Assembly: GCA_032718475.1 (NCBI GenBank) | Contig: JAUCBJ010005047.1 | Location: 1 to 64,000 of the forward strand | Reading direction: 5' to 3' | Source of the DNA: Nemertoderma westbladi | Taxonomy: Eukaryota; Animalia; Xenacoelomorpha | Length of the DNA: 64,000 bases | In this document: positions 13,437 through 27,779 of the stretch, in pieces | Position numbering within the stretch: the stretch's first letter is position 1 | How the letters are laid out: each line of letters starts with the position of its first letter | The notes under the pieces: model-generated | What the model saw: only the letters and a program-made list of their open reading frames with translations | Databases searched by the model: none | What the model was told of the DNA's origin: nothing | Program-made: the position numbers and the translations under genes

Positions 13437-14126
13437 ATGGAAAATATACAAGTGGATGCGCTAGTGGAATTCAGTGTCCAAGCTTACGCCAAAAGTATCT
13501 TGCACAGCTCCAAGTATCCCCACAAGGCAGTTAGTGGACTGTTACTAGCAACGAAAACCTCACCACTAGGCCTACATTCGCCAACTAAGTCCAAGATTCT
13601 CAAGGTTGTTGATTCTGTCCCGTTGTTCCACACCTCATTCGGTCTTTCCCCATCTCTAGAAGTCGCTCTCCTACAAGTTGACAGATATTCCCGGGCTCAG
13701 GGTCTTTACATATGTGGTTACTACCAGGCAAACCAACATCTTGAAGACATAACGCCAAGTTTGGAAGCTTACAAGATTGCCGATAAACTGGTAGAAAATT
13801 CACCTAATATTGGTTTACCGTTATGTTTAATTATCATTGATAACCAACTACTATCAATGGAATCACATGAAATGGCTTATCGGGTTTATACCAAGTTCCA
13901 TTCCGATCAGAAGTGGATTAATACGGATGAAAAACATGCCTACCTGGAAAACAACAGAGATGCTGGCGCAACCTGTCTGGAGGTAACGTCCCTACTTCTT
14001 ATGGATAAAGCTTACCGAAACTTGAATGACTTCGACAACCATCTCGATGATTTATCGTGCAATTGGTTAAATCCCGGTATTAATAAATTGATTCGAAGTT
14101 CTACACCAGTAATACGTAACGAGTGA
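13437..14126 (+). CDS. EMC8: ER membrane protein complex subunit 8/9 (UPF0172, MPN-like), intronless
   Basis: 229-aa intact ORF with family motifs AYAKSILHSSKYPHKAVSGLLL, VDSVPLFH, LSPSLEVALLQVD, ICGYYQAN, KIADKL and LNDFDNHLDDLSCNWLNPGIN. Confidence 0.93.
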   Translation: MENIQVDALVEFSVQAYAKSILHSSKYPHKAVSGLLLATKTSPLGLHSPTKSKILKVVDSVPLFHTSFGLSPSLEVALLQVDRYSRAQGLYICGYYQANQHLEDITPSLEAYKIADKLVENSPNIGLPLCLIIIDNQLLSMESHEMAYRVYTKFHSDQKWINTDEKHAYLENNRDAGATCLEVTSLLLMDKAYRNLNDFDNHLDDLSCNWLNPGINKLIRSSTPVIRNE

Positions 14127-14246
14127 TATGATTAAATAGCAGTTGTAGTTCATTATTCTGTGAATTCACATTGTGGATGTGAGTGTTCTGTCACAAGCTC
14201 TAATACCGTATCTGTTAACTGTTTCCCTTAACACCGAGTACATGAT

Positions 14247-14414
14247 TATATAAACACGTTTACGCAGCGATTGTGGCTGAAACACTGCCACTATGTACTG
14301 ATAGTAGTTATTGCATCTTGTTTCTCTATATAAACACGTTTACGCAGCGATTGTGGCTGAAACACTGCCACTATGTACTGATAGTAGTTATTGCATCTTG
14401 TCTCTCTATATAAA
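14247..14414. repeat. 80-bp tandem duplication downstream of EMC8/9
   Basis: Two copies start at 14247 and 14327, with TATATAAA terminal redundancy. Confidence 0.9.
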
Positions 14415-14752
14415 ATATATGATTTGAGCAAAAATCGATCCTTTGTAGAATTAAAAGCTAATTTATTGTTTTTCTTATTCTTGTATAATAATATATGTGG
14501 CTGTGGCGTGGCTGTGTTAGTCTCTCTTGTGCACCATTATCCCACAACCTAAACCGACTTCCTTGGTGAACATTATTATGTATAATGCCGTGCCCTGACT
14601 CTGTACCAATGAATATCACTCTGGCCATCTAATTTTTCAACATGTTTCCTAAACCTCTTACCGTAAGAATTAAAATGTCCAACAATTAAGGAGAGTTGAA
14701 ATTAGCCATTTCTTGATTTGGTCGAAAAGTGCCAAAATTTAAAATTCTAATA

Positions 14753-14852
14753 TCTTGGGTTGTCTTTGACCAAATGCCTTGGGTTGTCTTTGACCAAATG
14801 CCTTGTGTTGTCTTTGACCAAATGCCTTGGGTTGTCTTTGACCAAATGCCTT
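14753..14852. repeat. 24-bp minisatellite x4
   Basis: CTTGGGTTGTCTTTGACCAAATGC repeated. Confidence 0.9.
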
Positions 14853-15313
14853 AACATTTTGGCTGTGAAGCTATTCCAATGTGATCGACGTATGCTGTAA
14901 TTTCTGAGGATTTTGAAGATCATGTGCCACACCACTTGCTAACTATGGGTTGGTTTTGGCAGTAAATAGCCCAGTAATTTCATCCGCGAGACGTCATTTT
15001 TATAGGCTTGTTATTTCAACAACTTTATATTTGCCAATTTAATAATTTAAAGTGGCACTTTCAAATTGCTAAATGTGAACTATAGCAGGATTCCATGTAA
15101 CTATTTATATAGTGTCAAGTAAATAAAATAGGCTTTATTTACTGCTGCTCCAGAGATGAGAGATCGATTATTTAACGAGCTAGGTCAATAAGAGGCTTAA
15201 AATCGAAAAATCGAGGGGCCAACACCCTGTTTCAGCTTCTTTAGGTTACGGCAGGCACAAAGTTGTGCAAAATTAATGGAAGTCCTGACCTATCCTCGAG
15301 CTAACTATGGGAG

Positions 15314-15627
15314 CAAAGCTATCAGTTACAGCGGAGGAAGTATTCGAGAATCCATTAAATTATAGAACAAAGCTATCAGTTACAGCGGAGGAAGTATTCG
15401 AGAATCCATTAAATTATAGAACAAAGCTATCAGTTACAGCGGAGGAAGTATTCGAGAATCCATTAAATTATAGAACAAAGCTATCAGTTACAGCGGAGGA
15501 AGTATTCGAGAATCCATTAAATTATAGAACAAAGCTATCAGTTACAGCGGAGGAAGTATTCGAGAATCCGTTAAATTATAGAACAAAGCTATCAGTTACA
15601 GCGGAGGAAGTATTCGAGAATCCATTA
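15314..15627. repeat. 54-bp minisatellite x~5.8
   Basis: CAAAGCTATCAGTTACAGCGGAGGAAGTATTCGAGAATCCATTAAATTATAGAA repeated. Confidence 0.92.
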
Positions 15628-16114
15628 TTGAACCACGAAATATTTTATATATCGGTATTTTAAAAGGACTTGAATGAATTGTAATGAATTTATAGAGGGA
15701 AATAGGAAACCACTCATGGTTTGGCAAGCCATGAGCGTGTAATGTTGCCAGGGGGCCTACATCGCGGAATGACAGTTGATATATATCGTTTTCGGACTCA
15801 AACTTTTTAATATAGTCGAGATTTCCTCGAGAAACCATTTATAGTGGTTTCTGGGTGGAGTTTGTTCCCGACTATAGTCAGTATTTCATCGTACAGTATG
15901 GCCCAAAATTCGTATCACCTGTTATTGCCGTAGAAATTCCATTTATTGAGTCAGAATGTCATGACGTCATAACATGACGTCACAAAAGTTAAAGTATAGT
16001 GTATCTTGCATGAAGGCTTGCTCGCCTCATGTTCATGAGAGAATTATCATATCCTATAATGAGTGAGTGAATATTAGAACCAATTAAAATGAATGGACAC
16101 ATTGAGTGAGAGGC

Positions 16115-17606
16115 TACTACTAGTATCGGCATGCTGCATTGCAGCTGCATTTTTAAGAATGCTGTGCCGGCTTATCGACATAATTGCACCGCCACAACTC
16201 CCTATCACCCATGACATTTGCTAGATCATCCGCATCTTCAAGGCCAGTGTCCTTTAAGATGCGTCTCAAGAAAGTATGGGCTGTCCACCATGCTTATTCA
16301 CTCCATGAGGCTGCCAAAGTACAAGATTATGCACTGGCTGGTCCTCACGGCGAAAGCAATGTCCTGCAAAGCGGAGGCGATTTTGTTCTAGTGTCAAGCT
16401 TGGGGGAACCAATGAGACACCTCCAATGTTATATAGTGTCTGGTTGGAGATGTGTGCATTGTACTTGACACAATGAACCCGGCGTAGCATTCTTGTGAAT
16501 GTGCCATCCAGAGATTTGGTGTCCTCAGCAGTTAGAGCCCAGCATGGACTCCCATAGAGGATACTGGAACTACTGCTGCTCTAAATAATCGGACCTTAAG
16601 TTTCCGATTAATTCTCGGTGACTTCCAAATCCTGGAAAGCCTATTCAAGGCTGCCCATGCCTTTCCCTTACGTATTCGAAGGTCCTCACCTGACATCCGG
16701 ATCCATGATCCCAGGTAACAGAAGTCGTCCACATGCTCAAGCATACCATCTTTTGAGCTTATGCTCATCCGATCAGAGACTTGCTGAAAACTTTCAAAGT
16801 TAACTGTCAAAATTTTGGTCTTTCTGGAGTTAATAAAAAGACCAACACTAGAAGCAGCATGTTCTAATGAGCTGATGAGCCGTTGGGCTCCCTCTAGTGA
16901 TTCTGAGAGTACTCCTAAGTCATCAGCAAAGTCTAGATCAGTTAGGTACTTGGCAGGATTTCCTCGACTTCTGGAGCCAGTAGGTGGAGTTATCATCACC
17001 CCATCATCATTATGATGATCTAAGGACATGCGTAGAACATAGTCAACCACAATTATGAACAAGAATGGTGCAAGTGTGTCTCCCTGGAGGACGCCCCATA
17101 ACACTTCAAATGGTTCTGTGTCACCGTCAACAGTAGACACAAATGTTGTCGAACCATCGTATGATCTGATTGCTGCAATAATTTCATCAGGAATCCCATA
17201 TAATGAAAGTATGCTGAACATACGTGAGCGAGAGACTGAATCAAAGGCCTTAAAGAAGTCAACAAAGATAACAGCCAGATGCCTGTCTTTCTTTTTTGAT
17301 AACTCTTCAATTATCCTTCTAAGTGCCAAAATGGGCTCCATGGTCCCACGACCTTTACGGAACCCATTCTGATTTCCACGGAGCAGTCTCTCAATGGGAT
17401 CCCTGATGCGATTTAATAGAATTCTATTGTATAGCTTTGCAGCAATCGAGATCAATGAGATTCCCCGAAAAGAACCATAGAGTGTTAGGTTGCCCTTCTT
17501 GGGAACTGGCACCAACTTATTTGTTTTCATTTCTTGTGGGACTCTTGTTGTTCGGTACATGTCTACTATGATGGGATAGATGAGCTTGTGAGATCGCAGG
17601 TCGTTG
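16115..17606 (-). mobile_element. 5'-truncated RTE-clade LINE with RT domain, frameshifted; 9-bp TSD
   Basis: RT motifs PVPKKGNL..FRGISL, NQNGFRKGRGT, FVDFFKAFDSV, GVLQGDTLAPFLF, FADD and YLGS. A frameshift near 16560 separates (L)LYGSPCWALTAEDTK...RLRFAGHC. TSD GTGAGAGGC at 16106-16114 and 17607-17615. Confidence 0.92.
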
Positions 17607-18210
17607 GTGAGAGGCAATGTAAGTGTAAGGCATCCTCTGGGATTTACCCTCGCCTGTGTATATTGGTGTATAACGTATTATATATTTTGGGCCCATTTTC
17701 CATGGCCTATTGTTATTTGATAAACCAACCCAGTTGGCTTTCCTTCCATTCATATACATGACAAGAGCAGGATGATATTAGATTCATTCTGTCGATATTA
17801 CTTTGTATAAACGTTACATAGTTTTCACCGTTCTTTCGTTCGTTTGTTTGTTGTTTGATTCGACTTGTTTCACGAACTGGACTTTTTGGGACTCCATTAT
17901 TTGACCTATTGGTCACTGAACTTGACTATTATTGTTCTAATTGAACTGAACGTACAGTGCATTTGTACTGTACGTAGTCAGTTGTTTGAAGGAAGAAAGC
18001 GTCATGTTTTCTTGGCGAACGAAACGGACGCGTAGAAACGGCGTTCTTAGAAGGAAAGAATATCGACGGAACACAGCTGTAGTGTGAAGCTGGATCTCAC
18101 AATTGGCTGTTGCAACAGAGAGGACCAGTCATGCCGCGGCAAGGCAGTAGGTAGCCTTAGGTTTTGTAGTGCAAGTAGCCTTAGGTTTTTAAAAAGTTTA
18201 TATTTCCAAG

Positions 18211-18339
18211 GTTGCAAAAGTACGCCAGGACAACAGAAACGAAAGTTAACTAGTGAGCAGTGTAGACAGTTGTGGAAACGAGCTATATTTGAACAAAGAT
18301 TGCTCCTTCGAATGGAACGAGAAAACAACAGTCTCCGAG
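18211..18339 (+). CDS. TBC1D4: Single internal exon of TBC1D1/TBC1D4 (AS160/pollux) RabGAP, pre-TBC coiled region
   Basis: Encodes KRKLTSEQCRQLWKRAIFEQRLLLRMERENNSLR, matching the TBC1D1/4 motif RxLWxKAIxQQILLLRMEKENxxL. Acceptor TATTTCCAAG, donor GTGAGT; 129 bp, phase 1-1. Confidence 0.8.
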
Positions 18340-18539
18340 GTGAGTTAAAACGCCTAACACAAATGTTAGTAAAGCCATTATCATAGTTTATATCGGCTTA
18401 TAGTTGAGGACACGTTCGTGGGGCCTTCGCGCATCACGAGGCTCAGTTATGAGATACAGTTAAAAATTGAGTGACTGTATCACGAAATCGGTATTTATGA
18501 AATTTAACCAAAGCGACAATAAATCAAAGAGGAGAGGAT

Positions 18540-18574
<35 letters not shown>

Positions 18575-19154
18575 TTTCAACCCGCCTTTTAATATGCACC
18601 CCAACCCATTAATCTGCACCCCAACCCAAAGGCGCACAGAGGATTGATGAAGGGCAGGTATTAACATGACCTACTGATTTATCTGATTTAGCATGAGAAT
18701 CGTAGTGTATAGTGCAGTTTCTGTAGTGAACCATGACCAACTATAAATACGACCCGCCAAGCTGCTGCAAAGCCCCTAAATTTAGTGGGCCAGTTATTTC
18801 TCTTAGATAGAACCCCTGAAACAATAGGTCAAGCGCGTCGAAAGTACTTGTCCCTAACTAAAATGATGTCCTCTTGCAGATGAGACGAATAAAAATTTAA
18901 TAGCTCCAATAGTTTTCGAGATATGAGGAGTTCCTGGCACCCATACCATATCAGCACTTTTCGGAATTGATAAAAATTACTCAAAATACATCACCCTTCA
19001 AAGACCATTAACCATTAGTATAACCATTAAACCATACTATTCTTTATTGGTTTGTTGAATTCATTATTAGTAATCGAAGGTAAGATTAGAAGCAAAATTT
19101 TCATTTTTTTATCAATATATACTAAAAGAGCACCAAAAGTGCAAGTAACCCTTA

Positions 19155-21142
19155 TTTCAAACGTGGTAAATTGGCCATACAGTTTGGCTACTGAGGTTTT
19201 AGAATGCTGATTTCATTGGGAAGGTTTATTCCACTACATCAAACATATCGAAGAGTTGTGTAATATAACAACATAGGCATGTTGTTATATTAGTTATTAG
19301 TCAGTTATTTGTGCCCCTGGAGCGCGAAAAAAACAAGTAGTGGAAATATAATAATGAAAAATCACCACGAAAACAAATTGATTTTATGACCATGTGGTTT
19401 TTTGGGATGCTGATCACGAATATGACATTTAAAAATATCGCACCTTGTTGATTACGGCTTATACATATACATATATATACATAAATATCGTATTATCCAT
19501 CCAAACAAATTGGATTTTTTCCGTTTGAAATTTTATGCTACTTGCATTTTCGTCCCACCAGACAAACACGAAAAGCGATAGTTACGTTACCACGGAATAT
19601 TTTTAACTAGTTGTATCGTGATTAGCGACCTTGAAAACCAGTATAGTTTCAGAATTACCAAACCAAAGGCAAAATTTAGCAGTTTCAAATTTTTGCTACT
19701 TGTACTTTTCGTTCTGGAGCTGGCACCAAAATTGGGTTTGTACATACCAGAAATATTCTTAACTACTTTCATCGCGATCAGCTACCTCGAAAGCCCGTAT
19801 ACGTTTAGAATTATCAAACCAAACACAAAATGTTTAGTTTGACAATTTTTTACTTGTACTTTTCCTTCTGGGGTCCAAAATAGCACCAAAAATGATTGAT
19901 GCTTTGCCAGAAAATATTTTTAACAAGTTTGCAAGTTTTATCGTGATCAGCGTCCTCGAAATCCCTTATACTATCAAAATTGTAATTTTTGAGACAAGAT
20001 CTATAAAATATCTAAAATAAAGACAGCAGATAGGGAACGTACCGGTAACTCGGGATTACGGTAACTGAATATGAATCTCTTAATTCCGCATCAAACACGT
20101 AGTAGAGTAGAAAGTAAAATAAAGTATCACTTCCTCAAATCATTAAACGACACTATATTCCAGGATAGTTAATAATAATTCCCCTAAATAATATCAGTTC
20201 CTCATTAGATTGAAGTCGTATATTATTAATTTATCTCAGCATATCTATTATGTATCAATTACGTTTGTCTATTAAATCCAAGACAGTAAGAACGAACACT
20301 GTTAAGGTGGCCACGCATATTGTCTTACTTGAGATCCTCCGAAAGGGCCGATATGTCTTCGGGGATTCAGATAGGAGTCCCGCTGGTTTAGGCAGAAGAA
20401 TAAACCTAGCATGATGGTTCTTAAAGAATAACCGGCCCCTCCAACCCAAGTCCAGCAGTAGCTTCATCTCTACATCAGATAAATAACTAATTTTACTCTC
20501 CTTCATGAATTTCGATAGACGATGGACGGTATATTCTTTTTACTGGCGGTCTCCGAGGAATTACAGTAGCAGTACAAGTATTAATTACAGTAGAAGTACA
20601 AGTAGCAAAAATTTGAAACTGCTAAATTTTGCCTTTGGTTTGGTAATTCTGAAACTATACTGGTTTTCAAGGTCGCTAATCACGATACAACTCGTTAAAA
20701 ATAATTCGTGGTAACGTAACTATCGCTTTTCGTGTTTGTGTGGTGGGACGAAAAATGGAAGTAGCATAAAATTTCAAACGGAAAAAATCCAATTTGGTTG
20801 GATGGATATTACGATATTTATGTATATATGTATAAGCCGCAATCAACAAGGTGCTATATTTTTAAATGTCATATTCGTGATCAGCATCCCAAAAAAACCA
20901 CATGGTCATAAAATCAATTTGTTTTCGTGGTGATTTTTCACCATCATATTTCCACTACTTGTTTTTTTCGTGCTCCAGGGGCACAAATAACTGACTAATA
21001 ACTAATATAACAACATGTCTATGTTGTTATATTACACAACTCTTCGATATGTTTGATGTAGAGGAATAAACCTTCCCAATGAAATCAGCACATTCTAAAA
21101 CCTCAGTAGCCAAACTGTATGGCCAATTTACCACGTTTGAAA
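19155..21142. repeat. ~550-bp inverted duplication (19155-19707 vs 20594-21142)
   Basis: High-identity reverse-complement match. The repeated TCGTGATCAGC motif is suggestive of DNA-transposon subterminal sequence. Confidence 0.9.
20330..20500 (-). pseudogene. Small degenerate LINE RT remnant
   Basis: HARFILLPKPAGLLSESPKTYRP resembles the RT N-terminal A-x-x-x-x-x-PKP...YRPI motif. Confidence 0.4.
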
Positions 21143-21154
21143 AAAGTGATACTT

Positions 21155-24100
21155 GTACTACCACTTGGTATTTCTAACTGAGAACCTGTTACTGTACTAC
21201 CACTTGGTATTTCTAACTGAGAACCTGTTACTGTACTACCACTTGGTATTTCTAACTGAGAACCTGTTACAGTACTACCACTTGGTATTTCGGACTGAGA
21301 ACCTGTTACTGTACTACCACTTGGTATTTCTAACTGAGAACCTGTTACTGTACTACCACTTGGTATTTCGGACTGAGAACCTGTTACTGTACTACCACTT
21401 GGTATTTCGGACTGAGAACCTGTTACTGTACTACCACTTGGTATTTCTAACTGAGAACCTGTTACGGTACTACCACTTGGTATTTCGGACTGAGAACCTG
21501 TTACTGTAGTACCACTTGGTATTTCGGACTGAGAACTGTTACGGTACTACCACTTGGTATTTCGGACTGAGAACCTGTTACTGTAATACCACTTGGTATT
21601 TCTAACTGAGAACCTGTTACGGTACTACCACTTGGTATTTCTAACTGAGAACCTGTTACTGTACTACCACTTGGTATTTCGGACTGAGAACTGTTACGGT
21701 ACTACCACTTGGTATTTCGGACTGAGAACCTGTTACTGTAATACCACTTGGTATTTCTAACTGAGAACCTGTTACGGTACTACCACTTGGTATTTCTAAC
21801 TGAGAACCTGTTACTGTACTACCACTTGGTATTTCGGACTGAGAACCTGTTACTGTAATACCACTTGGTATTTCTAACTGAGAACCTGTTACGGTACTAC
21901 CACTTGGTATTTCGGACTGATATCCTGTTACTGTACTACCACTTGGTATTTCTAACTGAGAACCTGTTACTGTACTACCACTTGGTATTTCTAACTGAGA
22001 ACCTGTTACTGTACTACCACTTGGTATTTCTAACTGAGAACCTGTTACTGTACTACCACTTGGTATTTCTAACTGAGAACCTGTTACTGTACTACCACTT
22101 GGTATTTCTAACTGAGAACCTGTTACTGTACTACCACTTGGTATTTCGGACTGAGAACCTGTTACTGTACTACCACTTGGTATTTCTAACTGAGAACCTG
22201 TTACTGTACTACCACTTGGTATTTCTAACTGAGAACCTGTTACTGTACTACCACTTGGTATTTCTAACTGAGAACCTGTTACTGTACTACCACGTGGTAT
22301 TTCTAACTGAGAACCTGTTACTGTACTACCACTTGGTATTTCTAACTGAGAACCTGTTACGGTACTACCACGTGGTATTTCTAACTGATAACCTGTTACT
22401 GTACTACCACTTGGTATTTCGGACTGAGAACCTGTTACTGTACTACCACTTGGTATTTCTAACTGAGAACCTGTTACTGTACTACCACTTGGTATTTCTA
22501 ACTGAGAACCTGTTACTGTACTACCACTTGGTATTTCGGACTGAGAACCTGTTACTGTACTACCACTTGGTATTTCTAACTGATAACCTGTTACGTGACT
22601 ACCACTTGGTATTTCTAACTGAGAACCTGTTACTGTACTACCACTTGGTATTTCTAACTGAGAACCTGTTACTGTACTACCACTTGGTATTTCTAACTGA
22701 GAACCTGTTACGGTACTACCACTTGGTATTTCTAACTGAGAACCTGTTACTGTACTACCACTTGGTATTTCTAACTGAGAACCTGTTACTGTACTACCAC
22801 TTGGTATTTCTAACTGAGAACCTGTTACTGTACTACCACTTGGTATTTCTAACTGAGAACCTGTTACTGTACTACCACTTGGTATTTCTAACTGAGAACC
22901 TGTTACTGTACTACCACTTGGTATTTCTAACTGAGAACCTGTTACTGTACTACCACTTGGTATTTCTAACTGAGAACCTGTTACTGTACTACCACTTGGT
23001 ATTTCTAACTGAGAACCTGTTACTGTACTACCACTTGGTATTTCTAACTGAGAACCTGTTACTGTACTACCACTTGGTATTTCTAACTGAGAACCTGTTA
23101 CTGTACTACCACTTGGTATTTCTAACTGAGAACCTGTTACTGTACTACCACTTGGTATTTCTAACTGAGAACCTGTTACTGTACTACCACTTGGTATTTC
23201 TAACTGAAAACCTGTTACTGTACTACCACTTGGTATTTCTAACTGAGAACCTGTTACTGTACTACCACTTGGTATTTCTAACTGAGAACCTGTTACTGTA
23301 CTACCACTTGGTATTTCTAACTGAGAACCTGTTACTGTACTACCACTTGGTATTTCTAACTGAGAACCTGTTACTGTACTACCATTTGGTATTTCTAACT
23401 GAGAACCTGTTACTGTACTACCACTTTGTATTTCTAACTGAGAACCTGTTACTGTACTACCACTTGGTATTTCTAACTGAGAACATGTTACTGTACTACC
23501 ACTTGGTATTTCTAACTGAGAACCTGTTACTGTACTACCACTTGGTATTTCTAACTGAGAACATGTTACTGTACTACCACTTGGTATTTCTAACTGAGAA
23601 CCTGTTACTGTACTACCACTTGGTATTTCTAACTGAGAACCTGTTACTGTACTACCACTTGGTATTTCTAACTGAGAACCTGTTACTGTACTACCACTTG
23701 GTATTTCTAACTGATAACCTGTTACTGTACTACCACTTGGTATTTCTAACTGAGAACCTGTTACTGTACTACCACTTGGTATTTCTAACTGAGAACCTGT
23801 TACTGTACTACCACTTGGTATTTCTAACTGATAACCTGTTACTGTACTACCACTTGGTATTTCTAACTGATAACCTGTTACTGTACTACCACTTGGTATT
23901 TCTAACTGAGAACCTGTTACTGTACTACCACTTGGTATTTCTAACTGAGAACCTGTTACTGTACTACCACTTGGTATTTCTAACTGATAACCTGTTACTG
24001 TACTACCACTTGGTATTTCTAACTGATAACCTGTTACTGTACTACCACTTGGTATTTCTAACTGAGAACCTGTTACTGTACTACCACTTGGTATTTCTAA

Positions 24101-24440
24101 CTGAGAACCTGTTACTGTACTACCACTTGGTATTTCGGACTGAGAACCTGTTACTGTACTACCACTTGGTATTTCTAACTGAGAACCTGTTACTGTACTA
24201 CCACTTGGTTTTTCTAACTGAGAACCTGTTACTGTACTACCACTTGGTATTTCGGACTGAGAACCTGTTACTGTACTACCACTTGGTATTTCGGACTGAG
24301 AACCTGTTACTGTAATACCACTTGGTATTTCTAACTGAGAACCTGTTACTGTACTACCACTTGGTATTTCGGACTGAGAACCTGTTACGGTACTAACACT
24401 TGGTATTTCGGACTGATATCCTGTTACTGTACTACCACTT
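21155..24440. repeat. 39-bp satellite (~84 copies)
   Basis: GTACTACCACTTGGTATTTCTAACTGAGAACCTGTTACT, with a TAA/GGA variant enriched at both edges. Confidence 0.98.
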
Positions 24441-24698
24441 GTGGTCAATGGCGCAAACACCAATTGTGTCCTGTATGAAAAATTAATTCAATTGAAAACA
24501 TTAAGGGAAAGGTGCAGGTTCCAGTGGCTGTGTTTTCTTACAAAAACAATAAACGAGACTTTATTTCACTTGCGGTCAATGTGCGCCACTATGTGACCAC
24601 TTTTTGGTATTTCATATTTTATTTTCATTGATTCTACGCTGCTTAAAGAGGTGTTCGTACTTCATTGCGGTGGTAAAATTTTTACCTATAAAGGTATG

Positions 24699-27644
24699 TG
24701 GTAATTATTATTATTGCGTGTTCGTCCGCATGCAGTTTATTGCACGAGGATGTTGTGTAGGTAATTATTATTATTGCGTGTTCGTTCGCATGCAGTTTAT
24801 TGCACGAGGATGTTGTGTAGGTAATTATTATTATTGCGTGTTCGTCCGCATGCAGTTTATTGCACGAGGATGTTGTGTAGGTAATTATTATTATTGCGTG
24901 TTCGTTCGCATGCAGTTTATTGCACGAGGATGTTGTGTAGGTAATTATTATTATTGCGTGTTCGTCCGCATGCAGTTTATTGCACGAGGATGTTGTGTAG
25001 GTAATTATTATTATTGCGGGTTCGTCCGCATGCAGTTTATTGCACGAGGATGTTGTGTAGGTAATTATTATTATTGCGTGTTCGTTCGTTCGCATGCAGT
25101 TTATTGCACGAGGATGTTGTGTAGGTAATTATTATTATTGCGTGTTCGTTCGCATGCAGTTTATTGCACGAGGATGTTGTGTAGGTAATTATTATTATTG
25201 CGTGTTCGTTCGCATGCAGTTTATTGCACGAGGATGTTGTGTAGGTAATTATTATTATTGCGTGTTCGTTCGCATGCAGTTTATTGCACGAGGATGTTGT
25301 GTAGGTAATTATTATTATTGCGGGTTCGTCCGCATGCAGTTTATTGCACGAGGATGTTGTGTAGGTAATTATTATTATTGCGTGTTCGTTCGTCCGCATG
25401 CAGTTTATTGCACGAGGATGTTGTGTAGGTAATTATTATTATTGCGTGTTCGTTCGTCCGCATGCAGTTTATTGCACGAGGATGTTGTGTAGGTAATTAT
25501 TATTATTGCGTGTTCGTTCGCATGCAGTTTATTGCACGAGGATGTTCTGTAGGTAATTATTATTATTGCGTGTTCGTTCGTCCGCATGCAGTTTATTGCA
25601 CGAGGATGTTGTGTAGGTAATTATTATTATTGCGTGTTCGTTCGCATGCAGTTTATTGCACGAGGATGTTCTGTAGGTAATTATTATTATTGCGTATTCG
25701 TCCGCATGCAGTTTATTGCACGAGGATGTTGTGTAGGTAATTATTATTATTGCGTATTCGTCCGCATGCAGTTTATTGCACGAGGATGTTGTGTAGGTAA
25801 TTATTATTATTGCGTGTTCGTTCGTCCGCATGCAGTTTATTGCACGAGGATGTTCTGTAGGTAATTATTATTATTGCGTATTCGTCCGCATGCAGTTTAT
25901 TGCACGAGGATGTTCTGTAGGTAATTATTATTATTGCGTGTTCGTTCGTCCGCATGCAGTTTATTGCACGAGGATGTTCTGTAGGTAATTATTATTATTG
26001 CGTATTCGTCCGCATGCAGTTTATTGCACGAGGATGTTCTGTAGGTAATTATTATTATTGCGTGTTCGTTCGCATGCAGTTTATTGCACGAGGATGTTGT
26101 GTAGGTAATTATTATTATTGCGTGTTCGTTCGTCCGCATGCAGTTTATTGCACGAGGATGTTCTGTAGGTAATTATTATTATTGCGTGTTCGTTCGCATG
26201 CAGTTTATTGCACGAGGATGTTCTGTAGGTAATTATTATTATTGCGTGTTCGTTCGCATGCAGTTTATTGCACGAGGATGTTGTGTAGGTAATTATTATT
26301 ATTGCGTGTTCGTTCGTCCGCATGCAGTTTATTGCACGAGGATGTTCTGTAGGTAATTATTATTATTGCGTGTTCGTTCGCATGCAGTTTATTGCACGAG
26401 GATGTTGTGTAGGTAATTATTATTATTGCGTGTTCGTTCGCATGCAGTTTATTGCACGAGGATGTTCTGTAGGTAATTATTATTATTGCGTATTCGTCCG
26501 CATGCAGTTTATTGCACGAGGATGTTGTGTAGGTAATTATTATTATTGCGTATTCGTCCGCATGCAGTTTATTGCACGAGGATGTTGTGTAGGTAATTAT
26601 TATTATTGCGTGTTCGTTCGTCCGCATGCAGTTTATTGCACGAGGATGTTCTGTAGGTAATTATTATTATTGCGTATTCGTCCGCATGCAGTTTATTGCA
26701 CGAGGATGTTCTGTAGGTAATTATTATTATTGCGTGTTCGTTCGCATGCAGTTTATTGCACGAGGATGTTGTGTAGGTAATTATTATTATTGCGTGTTCG
26801 TTCGCATGCAGTTTATTGCACGAGGATGTTCTGTAGGTAATTATTATTATTGCGTATTCGTCCGCATGCAGTTTATTGCACGAGGATGTTGTGTAGGTAA
26901 TTATTATTATTGCGTATTCGTCCGCATGCAGTTTATTGCACGAGGATGTTGTGTAGGTAATTATTATTATTGCGTGTTCGTTCGTCCGCATGCAGTTTAT
27001 TGCACGAGGATGTTGTGTAGGTAATTATTATTATTGCGTATTCGTCCGCATGCAGTTTATTGCACGAGGATGTTGTGTAGGTAATTATTATTATTGCGTA
27101 TTCGTCCGCATGCAGTTTATTGCACGAGGATGTTGTGTAGGTAATTATTATTATTGCGTGTTCGTTCGTCCGCATGCAGTTTATTGCACGAGGATGTTCT
27201 GTAGGTAATTATTATTATTGCGTATTCGTCCGCATGCAGTTTATTGCACGAGGATGTTCTGTAGGTAATTATTATTATTGCGTGTTCGTTCGTCCGCATG
27301 CAGTTTATTGCACGAGGATGTTGTGTAGGTAATTATTATTATTGCGTGTTCGTTCGTCCGCATGCAGTTTATTGCACGAGGATGTTCTGTAGGTAATTAT
27401 TATTATTGCGTGTTCGTTCGCATGCAGTTTATTGCACGAGGATGTTCTGTAGGTAATTATTATTATTGCGTGTTCGTTCGCATGCAGTTTATTGCACGAG
27501 GATGTTGTGTAGGTAATTATTATTATTGCGTGTTCGTTCGTCCGCATGCAGTTTATTGCACGAGGATGTTCTGTAGGTAATTATTATTATTGCGTATTCG
27601 TCCGCATGCAGTTTATTGCGCGAGGATGTTCTGTAGGTAATTAT
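24699..27644. repeat. 60/64-bp satellite (~48 copies)
   Basis: GGTAATTATTATTATTGCGTGTTCGTCCGCATGCAGTTTATTGCACGAGGATGTTGTGTA, with a +TTCG variant. Confidence 0.98.
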
Positions 27645-27779
27645 AATGACATTAGAATTACGACGTTAGTTAATGTTGATAGATTATTTATTGTTATAAT
27701 TGCTTTTGTTATAATTGTTACTGTTTAACACGGTAATGGTAATAAATGGTGTACCCCCCCCCCCCCCTTAACACATGTC

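Noticed and set aside
15307-15663. 118-aa repeat protein (KLSVTAEEVFENPLNYRT)n
   Set aside because: Identical 54-bp DNA repeats with no supporting gene structure.
21656-24463. 935-aa (GSTVTGSQLEIPS)n and 816-aa (VFLTENLLLYYHL)n ORFs, resembling mucin or ice-nucleation proteins
   Set aside because: Artefacts of a 39-bp (multiple of 3) satellite: open on both strands, no synonymous variation pattern, frameshifts at the edge, no unique domains.
24604-27728. Many Cys-rich or repetitive ORFs
   Set aside because: Translations of the 60/64-bp satellite, repeatedly frameshifted by 4-bp indels.
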